Under the pieces are notes generated by a model, which made no database searches, had not been told where the DNA came from, and saw only the letters and a list, made by a program, of their open reading frames with translations. This document shows, piece after piece, positions 42,394-48,872 of a DNA stretch of 48,872 nucleotides. The stretch is taken from positions 1 to 48,872 of the forward strand of contig JWZX01003070.1 of the NCBI GenBank assembly GCA_001275005.1, in the 5' to 3' direction. The translations under genes and the position numbers were made by a program. Within the stretch, counting starts at the first letter, position 1. Every line of letters starts with the position of its first letter. Origin of the DNA: Chrysochromulina tobinii (taxonomy: Eukaryota).

Positions 42394-44012
42394 GGCATCG
42401 ACTTCGACCGAGTGTTCGCAACCGTGGTCAAGACGTCCACGATCCGTCTCGTTCTTCTGCTCGCCGCAGCTCGGGACTACAATCTCTCCTCCATTGACAT
42501 CCGGCAGGCCTACTTACAGAGCCTTCTTGACCCCAACGTGCCACTTTACATGCGCCCGCCCCCGGACGTGTTCCCTTTCGACCAGCATGGGAACCCGTTG
42601 GTGTGTAAGTTGAGGCGATCACTTTACGGCCTCAAGCAGGCTGGCCGGGAATGGGCCGCTCTCTTCTCCTCCTTCCTCATTTCGTGGGGCATGACGCGAT
42701 CGACCATCGACCCCTGCCTCTACGTCTTCCGGGCCGCAGAGTCCATCCTCTGGGTCTGTGTCTACGTTGATGACGCCCTCATCGCCGACAATGACCCCGA
42801 GCTTCGCGCCCGCTTTGTCACCGACCTATCCGCACGCTTCCCTACTGAGGACAAGGGAGAGCTCAAATGGATTCTGAGTGTGGCGATCGCGCGGGATCGC
42901 CCGGCCCGTACCCTCTCGATGTCGCAGGAGCTATACGTCGCCGACTTGATTTCCAAGTTCGGCTCCTTCCTCGACGCGTCTGTAACTCGCACTTTCGATA
43001 CGCCCATGGAGGAGGGCTCGGTGCTCTCGGCCGCGGATCAGCCTGAGATCGGATCCGAGGCTCACGCGGCTATGGCGGCTTCTCGCGACGTTTATATGTC
43101 GCTTGTTGGTGGGTACTTGTGGCTCGCGAACATGACTCACTTCCATCTCGCCTACCCAGCCGGTCAGTTGGCACGTTTCCTCACCAACCCGGGGTTGCCG
43201 CACTACCGCGCCGCTCTGCGTTTGCTCGCCTACCTCCAGTCTGTGGGGTCCCGGCCGCTTGTGTTTGCCCCCAACAGTGCACGAGGCTTGGACACCTACG
43301 TCGACTCGAGTTGGGCGACTCGCTTCTCGGTGAGCGGCTGCCTGATCTTCTATCACGGGTGCTTATTCCACTGGTTTTCGAAGATGCAGAAGTCCGTCTC
43401 CTTGAGCTCCGCTGAGGCCGAGTATTTTGGCGCGATGATGGCGGCCAGGGATTTAATTTTCGTGCGTGATCTACTCATCGAACTCGCCATCCCGCTCGAG
43501 GGCCCAAGTGTGATGTGGTCCGATTCCAAGTCTGCTGTCGACATGTCTCGTGATCCGGTGGCGTTCAAAATGACCAAGCACATCTTGCGTGCGGCGGAGT
43601 TCCTTCGCGATCTCGTAGCTCGTCTGGTGGTTGAAGTGCGACACTTACCGGGGCGTGTGATGGTTGCCGACCTTCTGACTAAGGCAGTGGCCCGGGTCGT
43701 CTACCACGAGCTCCTTCGCCTATTCGATGCCTACGCCGCCACTGGTGTAGTGTGCCCCGATTAGTATGTGCGGCCGCATGGCTTTCGCCGCAGCCGTGAG
43801 GGGCTATCACGGGGCATGTGTATGCTCAGTGCGCCAAATCGTCCCTTATACGGAAGTACTTGTTAGTTTAGTCAGGTTTAGTCAGTAACCACTGTGGGGA
43901 ATTCCCTGTGGGGAATTGATGGGTACGTGGATGTTTGTGTTTTGTTGTTGAGTGGAGCCATGGTGTCTCTTGCTCTCTTTCTCGCCGTGTTTGGCCCTGC
44001 GTCCACGCGATA
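42394..44012 (+). mobile_element. 5'-truncated Ty1/copia LTR retrotransposon: partial RT and RNase H (to 43764), PPT-like tract and putative 3' LTR
   Basis: GIDFDRVFATV, DIRQAYL, LRRSLYGLKQAGREW, YVDD; RNase H YVDSSW, SLSSAEAEY, SDSKSA, TKHI, ADLLTK. Stop codon at 42388 and no gag, protease or integrase upstream. Confidence 0.93.
43805..44012 (+). repeat. Putative 208-bp 3' LTR with TATC...GATA termini
   Basis: Follows the purine tract TGAGGGGC. Terminal inverted match TATCACGGGG vs CCACGCGATA (8 of 10). The right end coincides exactly with the host-gene breakpoint. No second LTR is in the window. Confidence 0.65.
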
Positions 44013-46240
44013 TCCTCCCAGACTGCGGTCGACTGGTGCGGCAGACTGGCCCTGGTTTCCTGCAGCTGCATGAAGGCTTTGTTGTTGACGCCCACATCTT
44101 CTTCGCAATACTGTACCATCCACTTGCCATCGGAGGCCCATGCGATCCATCTGTCCCCCGTCGCAAGCTTCCAAACGGGCTTCCCGTGGGCGGTGAGTTG
44201 CGGCTCCAGCAAGTAGGTGCCCAGGCACGACGCCATGCGCTCCAGCTCTCCACAAAGGCTCAATGAGGTGGGCACGTCCCCGAAGCACTTGCAGCTGGGG
44301 GCCTTCTGCCACTCCTTGCCATCATACTCCTCCCAGACCGCGGTCGACTGGTGCGGCAGACTGGCCGTCGTGTCCTCCAATTTCATGAAGCCTGCGTCTT
44401 CAACGCCCACAGCCACGCCCTCCTGTACCTTCCAAATACCAGTGGAGGCCCATGCGATCCATTTGTCTTCCATCGCATGCTTCCACACCGGCTTCCCGTG
44501 GGCGGTACGTTGCGGCGCCAGCAAGTAGGTGCCCAGGCACTCCGTCTTGTGATCCAGCTCTCCGCAAAGGCTCAACGAGGTGGGCACGCCAGTCGGCAGC
44601 AGCTTCTCGCCCCCGCCGAAGAGGGAGCTTACGCTGGTGGAACCCTGTCTCAGCATCAACTTTGCCTGCGCCAGCACGCTCACCATGGACGCCGTCGCGG
44701 GCGCACCCAGCAGCGCAGCCTTTGGCGGCAGCGTTGCCTTTTGGCCCCCGCCCAAGAGGGACCTCAGGCTGACGGATCTCAGGCTTGGCCTGAACGCGGC
44801 TCCGCGATCGGGCTGGGGCGCGGGCTCGCTGACCTCGCTGGCAGGGCTCGCTGAGAGCTCGACGGAGATGGCACCAATCCACGTATGCATCAAGACCTCG
44901 TCGTGCGGCTCGAGCTTGAAGAGGTACACCTTCTTGTACCCCTTCATCACAAAGGTCGGGACGCCGAGCACCTTCTCGACTGACTGAATATTTTCGAGGT
45001 CGATCAGGCCCCGGTCGCCCACAGGCTCGCCGTTTTGCATGCCGTCATAGAGGCACATTTTGCGCGTGTCGTACAGCACAACGTAGCGAGTCTCCCACTC
45101 GAGCTCATCCTTCGCCGTCGGGGGCTCTTCCTGACCGTACACCTTCGCGAGCTTGAGGCTGCCCGAGAGGAGCTCGAGTCCGAGATCGGCGAACGCGTCC
45201 TCGTCGTTATCGTAGTCCGAGTCGACGGACTCGTCCTCACCTGCGCCAAACGAGCTCCGACGACTCGGACGTTGTCGGAGCTCGCCTTCCACGTTCTCAG
45301 GTGGACCTGCCAGTGCAACATTTTCCGCGTAGAACCAATATTGATCTGAGTCCGGGAATTTCACCTTGAATGGCATGTTGGGGCTGCCGTCGTCCTCGAT
45401 GAGGGTGCCCGTTTCGCCCAATCGATGTTCACCGCCGACGATACGCACGCTTTGCCCGACCCGTGGCCGGGGACCCGCAGCGGGGTTGCTCGCAGTCTTG
45501 TCGAGAGGAACGAGCAGGCCTGCCGAGCAATATGCTATGGTATCCGCTTTATCGGCCATATCTCGTTGGATCTGGTATGCCCCCTCGTCGATACTCAAGA
45601 TCCTCACCGTGTCGCCTGCGACGATGCCTGAGGACAACTCCCTCTCGGGCACCGCCGTGATGCGGCAGAGCATGCCTTGCTCCAGCGCCGTCATTGAGGG
45701 CTCCTCGCCGGCGTCGAGATCATAGTCTGAGTGGACTTCCGAATTCTCGTCCTGGTCCTCGTCAACCGGCGTGGCTGAAACACGTTCGTATCCATGCGCT
45801 GCGAGACAGCGCGTATACTCCGGTGTCTCATCATTGTGTAGCAGGACAAGGCCGTCGTCCGCGATAGTGAAATTCCATGGACCAAACGTGGTAGTGGAGC
45901 CCAACCATGTGCTCAGCGGATGAGCGCCAGGCGAATTCATGAGCATGCCAAGCAATCGGCGCTCCACGTCCCCCCACGCTTCTGGATCAGTGTTTCCAGC
46001 TGACCACTCATTCAGTTCAGGTCCTGTATCACCTTGCTTAAGAAGTAGCCAGCCGTTTGAGCCCTTGTAGAGAGCAACAGCGTGACCTGTAGCGTGGTGT
46101 CGAAGCACACCTGTATCTTCGTCAGTGAGGAAATCCCATCCACTACCATTCGATGAGGAAGTCCCATCTCTGCAGACCTCCGTCATCAAATAGGAACCTA
46201 TTGAGTGCGCAGCGTCCTGCGCACAACCAGAAGTGGGCAT
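43868..46240 (-). CDS. Multidomain protein (SH3/KOW-like modules, PH domain, two ~104-aa GxY..GKPVWK repeats), truncated at 44013 by the copia LTR; the last ~48 codons are read-through into the LTR; may be a pseudogene
   Basis: PH motifs WETRYVVL, RGLIDL, VYLFK, WIGAI; VGQSVRI...PFKVKF module. Similarity between the two repeats stops abruptly at 44013. Confidence 0.72.
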   Translation of the reverse strand: MPTSGCAQDAAHSIGSYLMTEVCRDGTSSSNGSGWDFLTDEDTGVLRHHATGHAVALYKGSNGWLLLKQGDTGPELNEWSAGNTDPEAWGDVERRLLGMLMNSPGAHPLSTWLGSTTTFGPWNFTIADDGLVLLHNDETPEYTRCLAAHGYERVSATPVDEDQDENSEVHSDYDLDAGEEPSMTALEQGMLCRITAVPERELSSGIVAGDTVRILSIDEGAYQIQRDMADKADTIAYCSAGLLVPLDKTASNPAAGPRPRVGQSVRIVGGEHRLGETGTLIEDDGSPNMPFKVKFPDSDQYWFYAENVALAGPPENVEGELRQRPSRRSSFGAGEDESVDSDYDNDEDAFADLGLELLSGSLKLAKVYGQEEPPTAKDELEWETRYVVLYDTRKMCLYDGMQNGEPVGDRGLIDLENIQSVEKVLGVPTFVMKGYKKVYLFKLEPHDEVLMHTWIGAISVELSASPASEVSEPAPQPDRGAAFRPSLRSVSLRSLLGGGQKATLPPKAALLGAPATASMVSVLAQAKLMLRQGSTSVSSLFGGGEKLLPTGVPTSLSLCGELDHKTECLGTYLLAPQRTAHGKPVWKHAMEDKWIAWASTGIWKVQEGVAVGVEDAGFMKLEDTTASLPHQSTAVWEEYDGKEWQKAPSCKCFGDVPTSLSLCGELERMASCLGTYLLEPQLTAHGKPVWKLATGDRWIAWASDGKWMVQYCEEDVGVNNKAFMQLQETRASLPHQSTAVWEDIAWTQGQTRREREQETPWLHSTTKHKHPRTHQFPTGNSPQWLLTKPD

Positions 46241-46763
46241 CTATGAGTGGATGCGCGCGGACACGGAGAGGAGCGCGCGCGCGCTGCGCACCAAGGAAGT
46301 GTGCAGAGAGGAAGTCGACGAGGAGCTCGCGCCCAAGCGCCATAAGCCAAGTCTTCGATCAATGGAATTCAGGTTCGTCTCTTCGTCAACCGATTTCGTC
46401 TCCCCCGGAGTTTTTGAACCAGAACCGTACCTCCGGGGACCGACCAGAGGGTCCAGAGTCCGGAACTCACAGAAGGCGCAGACACTGAAGTCGTGGGGCG
46501 AGTAGCAGGATGTGGCAGAGAGCGCTGTGGTATGTGGAGTGTGAAAGGCCGCAAGTTGAAACTTCGTGGCCTTGACGGTGACGCCTGAGCGCCCTGTGGC
46601 ACTCCGCTCTCCTACGTCCTAGCACGCTCGTCTACCCTGGTCCTGCCGTCAGCCTGACCCGCCCCGCACCTGGTGGTGAACGACGTGATTTGCGAGTGGT
46701 TCTCGTGCGCGCGCGTCCCACGCAGCCAAAGGCATTCCCTCCACACAATTGCCTCCTCAAATG

Positions 46764-48872
46764 TCAAAACAGCCCCCCCACCACCCACGTGGCCAGGTCG
46801 CGGTACGCCCGCACGGGAGCTGGCTGGTTGAGGCTGTCGCCCATCATGGCGCCGGTCAAGCTGGGTGTGGGCGGTGGCAGAGCGGCGGCGCGGCCTGCGG
46901 GTTGCAGCCCGTATTGCAGCCGTATCGCCGCCAGGTGCCACGCCAGCTGCGGCGAGAGGTCGGCCATCTTGCCACCGCTCGCCTTGCTGCCGTCGAGGGT
47001 CTGAGAAGCGGCGCGCACTCGACGCTCCATCTCCTGAAAGACGCGCTGAAGCTGATGAGGAGTCCAATCGGCGGCAATGCCGCCACTCGCACTCGCTCCG
47101 TCGCAACCGCCGCCGCTGCCGCCCCCAGCGCCCATCACGGCGCCCCCTTGGGATCGCGCGCCCGAGGCGCCCACGACGGCGCCCTCCTTGTCCTTCTTGC
47201 CGACGACGGAGCCCAGGACGGCGCTCGGTCCGAGGCGCACGTTGGCGGCCAGCGTAACGGCCGCGGCACGAGGGAGGAGCGCGCACACGGGCGGCGGAGG
47301 GGCCGTGAGCGTCGTCGTGAGCGTCGCAAGCCCCGGGAGCGTCGTCGTGAGCGACGGGCACAGTTCTCTGCCCTTGTCGTGCACGCCCTCGTCGTTCTCG
47401 TCCGTAACGTCCGGCGGCGCCGTGGTGAGCGCTTGCATGCCCGGAAGCAGCGGGCGCGTCGCGTCGAGCCACGCGCAGAGGACGAGCAAAAAGTGGTGAC
47501 ACGGCTCGAAGAGGTCGGCCAGCCGGCGCTCACTCATCGTCGAGAGGCGCGCCTGACCCCCCAGGAACGGCTGTACGTCATCCCAGCGAGGGGGAGGGGG
47601 AGGGGGAGGGGGAAGGCGACTCGGCGGAGGCGCGGGCGCCGAGCCGGCGTGATTGGAGCTCGCGATCTCGGCCGCGGAGCTCGCGATCTCGACCGGGGAG
47701 CTCGCGATCTCGGCCGCGCCCCAACGGTCGAGCTCCTCGGTCGCGAGCTCGGCCGCCAGCCAGAGGGCGGCTGTGAGGCGGCCGGCATCCGCGCCCTCCC
47801 GTTCCCCAAGCACGTCGCTGAGCGCGCCGAGGGCAAGCGCATGTCGCGGCGCCTCCAAAGCGTATTGAGCCTCGAGCCTCGCCCGCGACGGCGCCTCGAC
47901 CGCCGTGCCGGGCTTGTCCGCGTGGAGACCGCCCGGTACGGCGCGGAGCGTGCCCGGTACGGCGCCCGCCCCGCCCGTCACGGCGCCGACGGCGATGGCC
48001 AACGGCAGGAGCCGCGCCTCGAGCGCACGCGCCACCTGAACAGGAGGCGCTGGGCGCATGCAATTAAGGAGGCAAGCAGTGGCACTCAGTGGCACTCAGT
48101 GGCACTCACCTGAACAGACGCCGCTCGCCTCGCGCCCCCCTGCGGCAGCGCAGCCAGCGCCGCGAAGACGTCCCACGCGTGCGGGGGCGCTGTCGCGGGC
48201 GGCTGGGGCGCCGTCGCGGGCGAGTCGTGCGCCCGTGGCTCGGCATACTCGGGGATGGCGCCCGGTACGGCGCTGAGCCGTCCGAGGAGCGCACGCGCCG
48301 CGAGGGGGCTCAGATCCCAGGATGGCTCCGTGGACGAAACCGCGCCCGTGGACGAAACCGCGCCCGATGACGAAACCGCGCCCGTGGACGAAACCGCGCC
48401 GGATGACGAAACCGCGCCCGATGACGAAACCGCGCCCGATGACGAAACCGCGCCCGATGACGAAACCTCGACGGCGGACGAAACCCCGGGCGACGACGAG
48501 GCGAGTGGCGCGGAGAGGGTGCCCGCGACGACGCGTCGCAGCGGCTGGCCGGCCTGGGCATGGGCGACCAGGATCAAGGTGCCGTTGGCCGAAAAGCACG
48601 CGAGCCCGCTCGCCGCGACGCCCGACACGGCGCTCGCCGCGACGCCCGACATGGCGCTCGCCGCGGCGCCCGAGGCGCCGTTGACCGAGGGTGCGCGCGC
48701 CGTCGTGGGCGTCCCGTCGCTGAGCCTACGGCGCTTGCCGTCGGGCGCCGCGTCGGGCGCCGCGTCGGGCGCCACGACGGGCGCCGCGTCGGGCGCCGCG
48801 TCGGGCGGTGAGGGCATGCGAGGCCCCAGCCCGCACACCTCGATGGCCAGCGAGGCAGCGCCGGGCGCCGAG
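46764..48872 (-). CDS. Hypothetical Ala/Pro-rich protein with its 5' end beyond the window; exons >48872-48110 and 48035-46764
   Basis: The frame is open to the window edge. Intron 48036-48109 (CAG|GTGAGT...TTCAG|G) joins ASVQ|VARALE. Confidence 0.7.
48036..48109 (-). other. 74-bp phase-0 intron with a (GAGTGCCACT)x3 internal repeat and an 11-bp direct repeat at both junctions
   Basis: CTGTTCAGGTG (minus strand) at 48033-48043 and 48107-48117. Confidence 0.85.
48328..48487 (-). repeat. 18-bp coding tandem repeat encoding GAVSS(S/T), about 8 copies
   Basis: GACGAAACCGCGCCCG units directly visible. Confidence 0.92.

Noticed and set aside
46233..46505. 90-aa plus-strand ORF between two minus-strand genes
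   Set aside because: Short, no motif, and it overlaps the probable promoter/5' end of the PH-domain gene.

Overview
GC-rich, gene-dense eukaryotic nuclear DNA with short spliceosomal GT-AG introns (74-114 bp). The plastid-targeted DUF3110 gene, ciliary genes and repeat-protein families suggest a flagellated alga with a secondary plastid, most plausibly a haptophyte; this is inference, and no search was run. About 19 protein genes are supported: JmjC oxygenase, quinolinate phosphoribosyltransferase, F-box/repeat protein, UBE3A-like HECT ligase, DUF3110, metallophosphoesterase, START protein, CCP5-like deglutamylase, GT32, ASH-like protein, 2H-phosphoesterase/methyltransferase fusion, 2H-phosphodiesterase/P-loop kinase fusion, GH30, GT31, EamA transporter, beta-propeller membrane protein, PH-domain protein and several unknowns. 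Two retroelement remnants are present: a CRE/R2-like endonuclease fragment and a copia RT-RNaseH with its 3' LTR. Four signals stand out. (1) A head-to-head pair of predicted RNA end-healing fusion genes at 24112-29349. (2) Three introns whose borders are direct repeats of exon sequence (37, 16 and 11 bp), which looks like recent intron birth by duplication; all eight inferred introns are phase 0. (3) A copia LTR with non-canonical TA...TA ends that truncates a host gene at an exact base. (4) Clustered GTAC and AAGTC motifs in promoter regions. No rRNA, tRNA or CRISPR array was found. Most other ORFs in the track are GC-rich antisense or off-frame shadows.
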